Source: a bacterium
GTDB taxonomy: Bacteria > Patescibacteriota > Dojkabacteria > SC72
Length of the DNA: 64,000 nt
NCBI GenBank assembly: GCA_021463465.1
Contig: JAJTYH010000003.1
Coordinates: 211,549-275,548, forward strand
Direction: 5' to 3'
Under the pieces are notes generated by a model, which saw only the letters and a list, made by a program, of their open reading frames with translations, had not been told where the DNA came from and did no database searches. Of this stretch, positions 38,339 to 47,600 are shown one piece after another (the first letter of the stretch is position 1; each line of letters opens with the position of its first letter). The position numbers were made by a program, and so were the translations under genes.

Positions 38339-39679
38339 ATGGCTAAGATTAAAAAGTTTAGAGTAAATACATCTCATCTTAGACCAGACGAAATGGAGGT
38401 GTTAGATATTTTGGAAGAGGTGGGTCAGGTGATTCATGATATCTGGGAAGTTCAGGTAAACCCAACAACAAAGAAAATAACTTTGTATGATGAAGGTATT
38501 TCACGTGATGAAGTAGTTCAAGCTGCTGAAACTGATCCTGAAATCCTTTCACCCTACACAGTAGTGCGAAGAGGGGATGATGGCTCACTTTACACAATTC
38601 CTTATACTCAAGAGTACAAAGAAGATATTGCAAAGATAATCGGACTTTTGAAAGATGCTGAAAAAGCATCTAAGGATTTTGGATTTAGAACCTACCTTCG
38701 AAATATTTACAGAGCATGGGAAAAAGGCGATTTTGATGCCGCACTACTTGAATATCTTAAGAATGACAATCACAAAATTGGCATTCTTATGGGACCGCTT
38801 GAGACATATGTAGACAAATTAATGGGCCTGAAGAAGGCCTTTCAGTTTAACCTAAGAGTGAAGCGAGATAAGGATACGCAAGAAGTAGAGAAGATGATTG
38901 AGATTGCTAAGAGTCTTCCCGTACTCAAACCTTACCTTTCCGTTTCTCATCAGTTTGGCGAAGATAAGATTTTTATGAGGGTTGATGATGTCGTGATGTT
39001 CTCAGGACGTCAAGCTGGCACTCGTTCTGCGTCTACTAACTTGCCTAATGAGGCTGCTTTGGTCAAGAAATTCGGTACACGAGTTGTTGTTTATAAAAAT
39101 TCACTTGATGAGAAATTCGAAGATCTTTTCATGCCATTCCTTAAGAAAATCAGCGGACAAAACTTTGTATTTGATAATGCTGGCATGAAGGTAGCAGCCA
39201 GCAGAATTATAATTTTGCATGAAATTTCGGAAGGCTTGATTAAATTTGCAGATGCTGGTGCTCGTTTGAAGGGGAATGAGGATGCAGTGCGAGAAATTAA
39301 TGCTTATCTTATGGGAGTTAAGAGTGCTACCCATCATATGCTTAAAGGTTTGATTTCTGAGAAAGAGTATTATGAAATAATAGTAATGCTCCTAGTTGTA
39401 GGATTAGATAAGCTTTCAAGAATGGAAACTGATCCTTCAGTTTATGAGTACGCTAGAGGTTTTGCTGTGGTTTTCAATTACCTTGAACAAGTTGGTGCAA
39501 TCAAGATTTCGAACAAAAAAATGAAATTGGATTTGTCTAAAGTGATTCAAGCAGTTGATGCACTCTCAAGCGTTATCCTTTCGATATATCACGAGAGCAA
39601 ATTCGATGAATCAGCACAACTTTTTGACACTTACGGAAGTTTTGATATTGGAAAAAGGTTACCACTTATCAAACGATAG
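38339..39679 (+). CDS. Peptidase M49 (DPP III)/NUDT3-like protein, degenerate metal motif
   Basis: SPYTVVRR, GPLETYVDKLMGLKKAF, NLPNE, HEISE. Confidence 0.7.
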   Translation: MAKIKKFRVNTSHLRPDEMEVLDILEEVGQVIHDIWEVQVNPTTKKITLYDEGISRDEVVQAAETDPEILSPYTVVRRGDDGSLYTIPYTQEYKEDIAKIIGLLKDAEKASKDFGFRTYLRNIYRAWEKGDFDAALLEYLKNDNHKIGILMGPLETYVDKLMGLKKAFQFNLRVKRDKDTQEVEKMIEIAKSLPVLKPYLSVSHQFGEDKIFMRVDDVVMFSGRQAGTRSASTNLPNEAALVKKFGTRVVVYKNSLDEKFEDLFMPFLKKISGQNFVFDNAGMKVAASRIIILHEISEGLIKFADAGARLKGNEDAVREINAYLMGVKSATHHMLKGLISEKEYYEIIVMLLVVGLDKLSRMETDPSVYEYARGFAVVFNYLEQVGAIKISNKKMKLDLSKVIQAVDALSSVILSIYHESKFDESAQLFDTYGSFDIGKRLPLIKR

Positions 39680-39681
39680 GA

Positions 39682-40986
39682 TTAATTTGCTGTTAAGTGA
39701 TTTTCGAGCTCCTCAATTTTTACTCTTACCTGTTCCATAGTGTCTCGATCTCTTACCGTTACGGTATTATCCTCTAAAGTCTGGTAATCAATGGTTATAC
39801 ATTTAGGGGTTCCGATCTCATCTTGATACCTGTACCGTTTTCCTATATTACCTCTGTCATCGTAAACTACTTTCAACTTCTTTCTAATTTGTGTGTAGAG
39901 TTCATGAGCCTTTTCAGTAATATCCTTTTTGTTTGCAACGAGTGGGAATATAGCGGCCTTGTATGCTGCAACATCAGGGTTGAGTTTTAGTACAGTTCGG
40001 GATTCGCCATTTTCGAGCTTCTCTTCTTCGTAAGCATCAAAGAGTAGGAAGAGGAAGGTTCGGTCAACTCCTCCAGAGGTTTCAACAATCCAAGGTAGGT
40101 ATTTTTCGTTGGTCTTAGGGTCTGTGTAAGACAGGTCTTTACCCGAAAATTTGGAGTGTTGTGTTAAATCATAATCTCCACGCCAGTGTATCCCTTCATT
40201 TTCAGCCCACCCCCAAGGGGTTTTGTATTCAATATCAAATGCGACCTTAGCGTAGAAAGCTAATTCATCTTCTGGATGTTGTCTGAATCTCAAGCTATCA
40301 TGTTTGCGGTAGAGATGCTTGAAGAAATTCATTCTCTCTTCTTTCCAGTATTCATACCATTTCTCCATTTCAGACTGATGAACGAAGAACTGGAGATCCC
40401 ATTGTTCGAATTCTCTGGCTCGGTAAAAAAGTTTGCCTGGGGTAATCTCATTACGAAATGCCTTCCCAATTTGTGCAATACCAAACGGAACTTGAACTCT
40501 TGAGGAATCAACTACGTTTTTGAAATCTAAATAGATAGTTTGGCAAGCCTCAGCTTTAAGATATGCTTCCATTTTTTCACCTTCCACTACACCTATTTCA
40601 GTCTTGAACATGAGATTGTACTTTTTAGGAGTGGTAAGTTCACCTTTACACTCAGGGCATTCCTTGGCAAAGTCGATCAAGTCAGGTCTGAATCTTTTGT
40701 GACACTTCTTACACTCAACCAATTGATCGTTGAAGTTTTTGATATGCCCTGATGCTTCCCAAACTTTAGGATGAGTGATGATAGTACCGTCTATACCTAC
40801 AACGTTATCTCGGTCGTCTACCATATACTTCCACCATAGTCTTTTGAGGTTGTTTTTCATCTCAACACCGACGGGTCCGTAATCAAAGAAACCTCCGACT
40901 CCTCCATAGATTTCGGAATTGGGGAATATGATCCCTCTGCGTTTAGCTAATGCGGTAATTTTTGCGAGCAAATCATTCTCTTGCAT
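39682..40986 (-). CDS. glyS: Glycine--tRNA ligase, alpha2 type
   Basis: SEIYGG, WEASGH, FGIAQIGKAFRNEITP, REFEQ, IGKRYR.QDEIGTP. Confidence 0.95.
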   Translation of the reverse strand: MQENDLLAKITALAKRRGIIFPNSEIYGGVGGFFDYGPVGVEMKNNLKRLWWKYMVDDRDNVVGIDGTIITHPKVWEASGHIKNFNDQLVECKKCHKRFRPDLIDFAKECPECKGELTTPKKYNLMFKTEIGVVEGEKMEAYLKAEACQTIYLDFKNVVDSSRVQVPFGIAQIGKAFRNEITPGKLFYRAREFEQWDLQFFVHQSEMEKWYEYWKEERMNFFKHLYRKHDSLRFRQHPEDELAFYAKVAFDIEYKTPWGWAENEGIHWRGDYDLTQHSKFSGKDLSYTDPKTNEKYLPWIVETSGGVDRTFLFLLFDAYEEEKLENGESRTVLKLNPDVAAYKAAIFPLVANKKDITEKAHELYTQIRKKLKVVYDDRGNIGKRYRYQDEIGTPKCITIDYQTLEDNTVTVRDRDTMEQVRVKIEELENHLTAN

Positions 40987-41087
40987 ATTGGGAAGTATAT
41001 CACCATGATAAAGGAAGTGTCACTTGTTTAGTTTAAAAAAAAGAGCTAAATTGGACTAATCGAGTTTATTTGTTGTACTGGTTAATT

Positions 41088-41582
41088 ATGTCAGAATTAT
41101 TTCCAAAAGAAATAAACGAATCAGAGGCTGTTACGCCGCCTAATCGTTTTGCGTTGGCTGCAAATAAAGCCCTGTCTAAGGTTTGGGAAGTGGTAAAAGA
41201 CGATGTAAAGTTTGCAATAAACACAACATATGGTTCTTTTTTGAAAACCGGTGAGACCTTTGTTGGTGCAGCTGTAGTCGGTGCTGGGACAGTCATTGAT
41301 AGGTCTCCTGATATATTAAGAATTTTAGGATTAGGGTTTGCCATAAATCTTTTACCTTCGGTTGAAACGGCAGCACAGGGAGCTATGGTATTGACGATAT
41401 CAGGCGCTCTCGCTGGAATGGGAAGTTTAATGGAAAGAGCTTTAGAATTTGGACCAATTAACTTGAGAGAAAAGTTTGGCCGAGATTTAGTAGATACTGG
41501 TATTAATATAATGACACTTAATCCTTTAAGTGGCCCAGTTATGGCGGGGAAGATACTGGAGGGGGAAAAGTTAGATGAATAA
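41088..41582 (+). CDS. Hypothetical Gly/Ala-rich hydrophobic protein
   Basis: ORF coupled to the next gene. Confidence 0.5.
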   Translation: MSELFPKEINESEAVTPPNRFALAANKALSKVWEVVKDDVKFAINTTYGSFLKTGETFVGAAVVGAGTVIDRSPDILRILGLGFAINLLPSVETAAQGAMVLTISGALAGMGSLMERALEFGPINLREKFGRDLVDTGINIMTLNPLSGPVMAGKILEGEKLDE

Positions 41583-41931
41583 AGAATACAAGATTGTTTT
41601 AACCTTATTAGGGTTGTCTGCTGAAGAAGTCGTGCATTTTTCAACTGAACTTGAGAAAGCTGGTAGTATGCTTGCACTTAAGAATTTTCGAGAACTTGTA
41701 CAACCTCAATTGCAAAGCCAGTTTGATTTAGATATAGCTAATTCCAAAACAATTGGAGATCTTTCAAACTTATACAAAAAGTATGGATTAAGATTAGAAC
41801 AATTTGAGGAATGCCAGAAAAGTGCTCACAAAGAAACAATTGAAAAGTTTGTGCGGCATTTTTTGCAAGAGTTACCAGAAAAAGAAAGGAATGAGTTGCA
41901 AACTAAAATGAGAGCGATTTTTAAAACCTAG
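41575..41931 (+). CDS. Hypothetical helical protein
   Basis: 118-aa ORF. Confidence 0.55.
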   Translation: MNKEYKIVLTLLGLSAEEVVHFSTELEKAGSMLALKNFRELVQPQLQSQFDLDIANSKTIGDLSNLYKKYGLRLEQFEECQKSAHKETIEKFVRHFLQELPEKERNELQTKMRAIFKT

Positions 41932-41965
41932 ATTTTGTGAGGAATGTGGCATATAATTCCGCATT

Positions 41966-42825
41966 ATGTTGTATATTCTTCCTCTTCTTGTTGGTGTTTT
42001 TTACGGAATTGGAGGGCTTTTAAATAAAAAAGTCGCAAATTTAGTCGATAACCCCGTATTATCATCTCTTTTATTTAATGTTTTTACATGGCTATTTGCA
42101 TTACCGTTTATTTTTCTGATTTATATACTGGCGGCATACGCATTTCTGATCAATCTAGTGACTGGTTTTATCTTGTAATTAGTGGCATTCTGACACTCTT
42201 TAGCTTCTGGGGACTTTTTAAAAGCATGAGAGAACTGCCAGTGTCAGAGCAGATTTTATTAAGTCGAGCCTCTGTAATCACATATACATTGGGTGGTTTT
42301 ATAATTTTGGGAGAGAATGTTACAAGGAATTCGCTGTTGGGGATAATGTTAATCATATTAGGAATCCTACTTTCATCTATACGTAAAGAGAAGTTAGTTT
42401 TTAATAAATGGGTTATCATTCAACTCCTATCTAGTATTAGTTTTGGATTATCAGTAATGATTGACAAAGTTGTTAGTCCAAACTTTTCTGTTGGTATGTA
42501 CACTTTAGTTAATATTGGAATTACAACAGTTTTTATTCTTGGATGGTCTTACTACACTAAATCAATAAATGAGATACACAAAGTGCCTAAAGAGTATATT
42601 AAATTTATAGCAATTGCAGGGGCATTCAGTGTTACCGCATATTTCTTGCAAATTAAAAGTTATGAATTAGGGGGATTAGTATCTTTAGTCGGAGCTTTAA
42701 GTCAAGTGAAGATAATCGTTGTTGTTCTTGGTGGGTATTTTATTTTCAATGAAAAATCCAACGTTATTACTAAACTTTTGGGAGTAATTACAGTACTGAT
42801 AGGGGTTGTTTTGATAAAAACCTAG
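41966..42825 (+). pseudogene. EamA/DMT family transporter split by a 1-nt frameshift
   Basis: Two overlapping ORFs join if the T5 run at 42111-42115 were T6 (LPFIF|SDLYTG); EamA-like ILGE and FIFNEK motifs. Confidence 0.75.
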
Positions 42826-42897
42826 TTAGACTATTATAGGTCTAAGGGGTATAATCACATCACATATGTGTGCAGTAAGTTTATCTTTCCTTTTAAA

Positions 42898-43551
42898 ATG
42901 TATACCTATAGACACTATACAGATACTAAACAGCAAATAGATTTAAACCAAAGAAGATGGGCTTATATTTGGGGGCGGTACTCTGAAGCTGAAAAGAAGG
43001 TCATGAATCTTAACACACATGGGTTTTTGCAAAGAGTTGTTAACAATTTATTTTGTGAGCAAGTATTAAATGATGTGTCTGACAAGGCTCATGCCAATGG
43101 AATTGATTCGGCATATGAGGAGGTTCTTTTAAATAGTCTTGAAATAGTTAATGGATTAATGACATCTGGCCCTGCATTTAAACCAGGAGTTTATCAGGAG
43201 GTAGTTGAGAAATATCAAGGAATAGAAATTTATATTCCTAATCCTGAAGATGTTTTAGAGCCGTCAAGGGATTTTTTAATTTTCTCTACACAAGATTTTG
43301 TTTTGGTTTTCGAAAATATTGATTATCTACGTTCAGTAGGACTCACAATCATAGAAAAAGGTCCAGATTTTGATTTAAATCAGGTTTTAAGAAATAAAAC
43401 CGAAAGAGTGGAAGAGGAAAAGGATTTTTTCGAACCTATGAATACTGGTGAACCAAAACGTTACTGTATACCAGTTGTACTCTCTAATAAGCTTAGACTA
43501 GATGAAACTGCCGGCATTAAAGCGCATGTCTCACATGTTTCAACAATCTAA
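42898..43551 (+). CDS. Hypothetical protein (paralog A)
   Basis: ORF with upstream TATAAT; weak similarity to the next ORF. Confidence 0.6.
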   Translation: MYTYRHYTDTKQQIDLNQRRWAYIWGRYSEAEKKVMNLNTHGFLQRVVNNLFCEQVLNDVSDKAHANGIDSAYEEVLLNSLEIVNGLMTSGPAFKPGVYQEVVEKYQGIEIYIPNPEDVLEPSRDFLIFSTQDFVLVFENIDYLRSVGLTIIEKGPDFDLNQVLRNKTERVEEEKDFFEPMNTGEPKRYCIPVVLSNKLRLDETAGIKAHVSHVSTI

Positions 43552-43634
43552 AATGTGATAAACATTTATTCCCCGAGTCTATACACTATAGGATCCAAGG
43601 AGTATAATAGATAAATAAAATTTTTCTAATTGCT

Positions 43635-44249
43635 ATGACAATTCAGAATAGACCACATCAATCAAGCTTCAAAGAGGGAATCTCTGCCCTTTTGGGCTTT
43701 ACCGATGTAGTTAAGGATGTAGCAGTATTGGACACAGTTACTATCTTGAAAGAACACGGTTTTTTAGCCTTAATTGCTAGATATACCAATGATGAAAGAT
43801 TGGATGCATTACTTAGGAAGTTTGACTCATTACAAGATGCTGATGATCAATATAATGTGCTAGAAGGTCTGTTACGAAGTAGCGCAATGATGCTAGAAAG
43901 ACTTGCAGAACCTGGGAGTTCTACTTCTCTTCAGGAGAATATTGATTATCTCAATGAAGAATTCGAAGGCATTGACTTGTGGGTTCCAACAGAGAAGGAA
44001 ATGCCAAATTCTTATGAAGACAACTTAGTTGTAACTTCTCGTTTATATCCAGGCGTTGTATTAGTTTATGATCGAGATTTTCATCAGGATCTATTACTGC
44101 ATGTTTTAACGGTTGATGAATCTTTTAGCCCCAAATCTTTTTTTGAGGAAAAGAAAAATAGCCATACTTTTGGTGATATGAAGACCTTTAAAGGCGTTAA
44201 GTCTGTTATAAGGTATGGATTTAAAGACGAAACGGCTGATGTTTTGTAA
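43635..44249 (+). CDS. Hypothetical protein (paralog B)
   Basis: ORF with upstream TATAAT; weak similarity to the previous ORF. Confidence 0.6.
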   Translation: MTIQNRPHQSSFKEGISALLGFTDVVKDVAVLDTVTILKEHGFLALIARYTNDERLDALLRKFDSLQDADDQYNVLEGLLRSSAMMLERLAEPGSSTSLQENIDYLNEEFEGIDLWVPTEKEMPNSYEDNLVVTSRLYPGVVLVYDRDFHQDLLLHVLTVDESFSPKSFFEEKKNSHTFGDMKTFKGVKSVIRYGFKDETADVL

Positions 44250-44280
44250 TACTCGTGTGACTTTGTGCTATAATCTCCTT

Positions 44281-44515
44281 GCAATGATAAGGAAAGAATA
44301 GGGCTAATCCATTGAAGTGAACTCTGTTAAGTGAAAAAGAGAAATGGAACTCATATTCTAAAGACCTTGAGCATCTGGAAGAAATCGCTTGCGAAAGTAG
44401 AACCAGACGTCGTCCTCACGACATAGAGGGAATGAGTAAAATTGAAGGTGGTACCGTGTTTATGACACCCTTCGTAAGTGATAGTAACCCTGTCATTTAC
44501 GAGGGGTGTTTTTAA
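44281..44515 (+). promoter_or_regulatory. T-box riboswitch, Lys specifier, transcriptional
   Basis: Stem I with K-turn, AG/GNUG loops and AAG specifier; stem II; antiterminator GAAGG-TGGTACC-GTGT...ACAC-CCTTC; terminator 44465-44513; TGCTATAAT at 44266. Confidence 0.9.
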
Positions 44516-44532
44516 TTTTATTATTGACGACA

Positions 44533-46500
44533 ATGCAAGACTCACAAAGTTCACTTATCGGACAACGTTCAGGGAGACTTGAGAAGGTCAAGCGACTCCG
44601 AGAAATGGAGATTGACCCTTATCCCAGCGGATCTAAAAAGCAGGTAGCTAATTCTGAAGTAGTAAATGATTACGAAAAGTATAAAGACCAGAAGGTTGTC
44701 CTTACTGGCCGCCTTATGTCATGGCGTGAGCATGGGCACATCATCTTTGGTCATATTCAGGATGACAGTGGTAGGATTCAGCTTTATCTGAAAGATGAAG
44801 TATATCCGGTTAAAACCAGTAAGAATAAAATCGGTTGGAAGGATTTCGACCTGATTGATGTTGGTGATTTCCTCCAAGTTACTGGGACTGTCACTAAAAC
44901 TAATACAGGAGAAGTCTCTCTTTTGGTTGAAGCTATTGTTATTCTCACCAAAGCAATTAGGCCTTTGCCTGAGAAGTGGCATGGGATTGCTGATAAAGAG
45001 ATGAGGTATCGACGCAGATATTTGGATATGACGATGAATCCGGATGTGCGTGAGCGATTTAAAAGAAGATCTCAATTCTGGACAGCATTTAGGGAATTCA
45101 TGAACAAGAATGGCTTTTGGGAAGTTAATATCCCTGTACTTGAACATGTGACAGGTGGAGCTGATGCTAAACCTTTTGTTACTCACTACGATGCATTGGA
45201 TCAGGATTTCTACTTACGGATTTCGCATGAACTCCCTCTTAAAAGACTCCTAGGTGCGGGCTTTGAAAAAGTTTATGACATTGGAGCAAGATTCCGAAAT
45301 GAAGGCTTTAGTGATGAACATCTACCCGAGCATGTCGCCATGGAATTTTACTGGGCATATGCAGATATGGAAGACGGAATGAAATTCACCAAAGAAATGT
45401 TCCGATTCGTAATGGAAAAAGTTTATGGAAAGTTGAAGTTTAATGTTAAAGGTTTTGAGGTAGACTTGAGTAAGGAATGGGAGGTAATTAGTTATCCGGA
45501 AATCATTAGCGATCGATTCGGAATCGATGTATATTCAGAACCGATTGAAAATCTACGCAAGATTTTGCGTGAAAATGGTTTGGATTTAGGTAGTGGAGTG
45601 AATCGCAATAGGGCGATCGATAATCTTTGGAAGCTTATTCGTAAAGATATTGGAGGCCCAGCATTCATTACAAATGTGCCAAAGTTTCTTTCTCCGCTTG
45701 CTAAGTCAAATACGGAAAATCCTTTGTATACAGATCGATTTTTCTTACTAATTGCTGGAAGCGAGTTGGCTAATGCCTTCTCAGAATTGAACGATCCGGT
45801 CGATCAATTAGAGAGGTTTGTAGAGCAACAAGAAATTAGAGGGGGGGGAGATGAAGAGGCACAAATGATGGATATAGATTTTGTAGAAATGTTGGAGTGG
45901 GGCATGCCACCTGCGTTAGGCTTGGGTATTTCTGAAAGAGTCTTCTGGTACTTTGAAGATGTAACAGCAAGGGAGGGAGTTCCGTTTCCACAACTTAAGA
46001 GTGAAGTTGATACAAACACACAGAAAATATATTCCGACATTATGAAATATATTGATGAAGGAGTATTGGACGATAACCGAATTCAGGATTCAACTCGCAA
46101 GATTGTTGTTGTCATTGATGAAAAACTCAGGGGGTGGCAACTCGCTAACACAGTTGGTCACATCAGTGGGTATTTAGGAAACCATATTGAACATGACCAA
46201 TTCTTTACTCGAAAGCAATTCAAATTAAAAGATGCGTTAATTAATGCTAATTCACAGTATGCGATTGTCGTTTTGACGGCAAAACAGTCACAACTACATA
46301 AATTGCTTGACCAGGTCAGAGAGAAGAGATTAAAACATCTGGCGTATATTCAAGAGATGATTGATTATACGGATGATAATAAGTTGCAGAAAAGTGTAGA
46401 AAGTCAGAATCTGGCTGATGTAGACCTTTTAGGTGTAGGTATGTTTGGAACTAAAATTGAACTAGATGCTTTGACTAAGAAATTTAGCTTGCTTAAGTAG
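44533..46500 (+). CDS. lysS: Lysine--tRNA ligase (class II) with C-terminal DUF2000-like domain
   Basis: RYRRRYLD, GGADAKPF, FRNEG, ELANAFSELNDP, GMPP; extra ~135 aa at C-terminus. Confidence 0.95.
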   Translation: MQDSQSSLIGQRSGRLEKVKRLREMEIDPYPSGSKKQVANSEVVNDYEKYKDQKVVLTGRLMSWREHGHIIFGHIQDDSGRIQLYLKDEVYPVKTSKNKIGWKDFDLIDVGDFLQVTGTVTKTNTGEVSLLVEAIVILTKAIRPLPEKWHGIADKEMRYRRRYLDMTMNPDVRERFKRRSQFWTAFREFMNKNGFWEVNIPVLEHVTGGADAKPFVTHYDALDQDFYLRISHELPLKRLLGAGFEKVYDIGARFRNEGFSDEHLPEHVAMEFYWAYADMEDGMKFTKEMFRFVMEKVYGKLKFNVKGFEVDLSKEWEVISYPEIISDRFGIDVYSEPIENLRKILRENGLDLGSGVNRNRAIDNLWKLIRKDIGGPAFITNVPKFLSPLAKSNTENPLYTDRFFLLIAGSELANAFSELNDPVDQLERFVEQQEIRGGGDEEAQMMDIDFVEMLEWGMPPALGLGISERVFWYFEDVTAREGVPFPQLKSEVDTNTQKIYSDIMKYIDEGVLDDNRIQDSTRKIVVVIDEKLRGWQLANTVGHISGYLGNHIEHDQFFTRKQFKLKDALINANSQYAIVVLTAKQSQLHKLLDQVREKRLKHLAYIQEMIDYTDDNKLQKSVESQNLADVDLLGVGMFGTKIELDALTKKFSLLK

Positions 46501-46501
46501 T

Positions 46502-46807
46502 ATGGATTCAATACAGGATCTGATATCCCAAAAGCGTGAAGAACTTAAAGAAGGCTTATTGAAAAGGAAAAAACATATTACTACTGAACATCAGGATTAC
46601 GGTTACCGTTTGGCCTTAAAGCTTTGTGATATGGGTCATAAATCGTTGTACATGAAATTAGCTAAGGAGAAGCCTCGTGTGCTTTTGGAACAAGCTTTCA
46701 GTTTCGCGATTGACTATCCTAATGCTACGCCTAACAAAGGTAGACTTTTTATGTGGAAACTGAAACAATTAGAACAAGCAAATGGCAATACTAGTAAGCA
46801 ATCCTAA
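46502..46807 (+). CDS. Small helical hypothetical protein
   Basis: Tightly coupled to lysS and the next gene. Confidence 0.7.
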   Translation: MDSIQDLISQKREELKEGLLKRKKHITTEHQDYGYRLALKLCDMGHKSLYMKLAKEKPRVLLEQAFSFAIDYPNATPNKGRLFMWKLKQLEQANGNTSKQS

Positions 46808-47600
46808 ACAGTTCCTAAATGTCCTCTATCAGGAGATGAAGATGTATGTGAGCAGCGAGCTCGCATACCGTTGGCAGATTTTTGTATGGGTAATCTCAGA
46901 TGCTTTACAACCTTTGATTTTGGGTGTGGTGTGGGCGGCTGTTGCCAAAGAAGGAGGATTACTCTCTGTAAATCAAGTAATTACATATTTTTTTCTAGTA
47001 TCGGTTGTTTCCAAGTTGACCAAGGATTGGTCGGTTATTTATGTTAGTAATATCGTAGTATCGGGTGAGTTTTCTAAATATCTGGTAAAGCCATTTAATT
47101 ATTTAGCTGAAACGTTAGGTATCAGTTTGGGAGCAAGAGTGCTTAGGCTCTTAATGCTCGTACCCCTCTTAGGTATTGCTTACTTTGTACTCAAGGATTA
47201 CTTGGTTATTAATTGGGGTCATGATCGTTTTATGTTATTTTTAATTTCTTTGATTTTTGCATTCCTCATAAACTACCTCTTGGGTAATACTTTTGCATTG
47301 ATAAGTTTCTTTATTAACCAGATAGTTGGGCTTCGAACTTTCTATGAACACGCAGTGATTTTCCTCTCAGGTGAGGGTATCCCTTTGGTGGCTTTCCCCA
47401 GTTGGGCTAAATATTTCATTGAGATTTTACCTTTTCGTTATACTGTGTCATTTCCAATTGAGATCATTACAGGTTCAATATCAGGAAGGGAGATAGGTTA
47501 TGGCTTTGTGATTGCGGGATTTTGGATGGTAGTTTTAATAGTTCTCTATAAAGTGCTTTTCAGATTAGCTATAAAAAAATATGAAGCTTACGGTATTTAA
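46782..47600 (+). CDS. ABC-2 family (DUF990-like) permease
   Basis: GEFSKYLVKPF, SG..IPL..FP, LPF. Confidence 0.85.
   Translation: MAILVSNPKQFLNVLYQEMKMYVSSELAYRWQIFVWVISDALQPLILGVVWAAVAKEGGLLSVNQVITYFFLVSVVSKLTKDWSVIYVSNIVVSGEFSKYLVKPFNYLAETLGISLGARVLRLLMLVPLLGIAYFVLKDYLVINWGHDRFMLFLISLIFAFLINYLLGNTFALISFFINQIVGLRTFYEHAVIFLSGEGIPLVAFPSWAKYFIEILPFRYTVSFPIEIITGSISGREIGYGFVIAGFWMVVLIVLYKVLFRLAIKKYEAYGI

Noticed and set aside
40987-41070. T-box upstream of glyS
   Set aside because: Region too short and no TGGNACC on the minus strand
44351-44554. 67-aa minus-strand ORF
   Set aside because: Lies antisense to the T-box RNA
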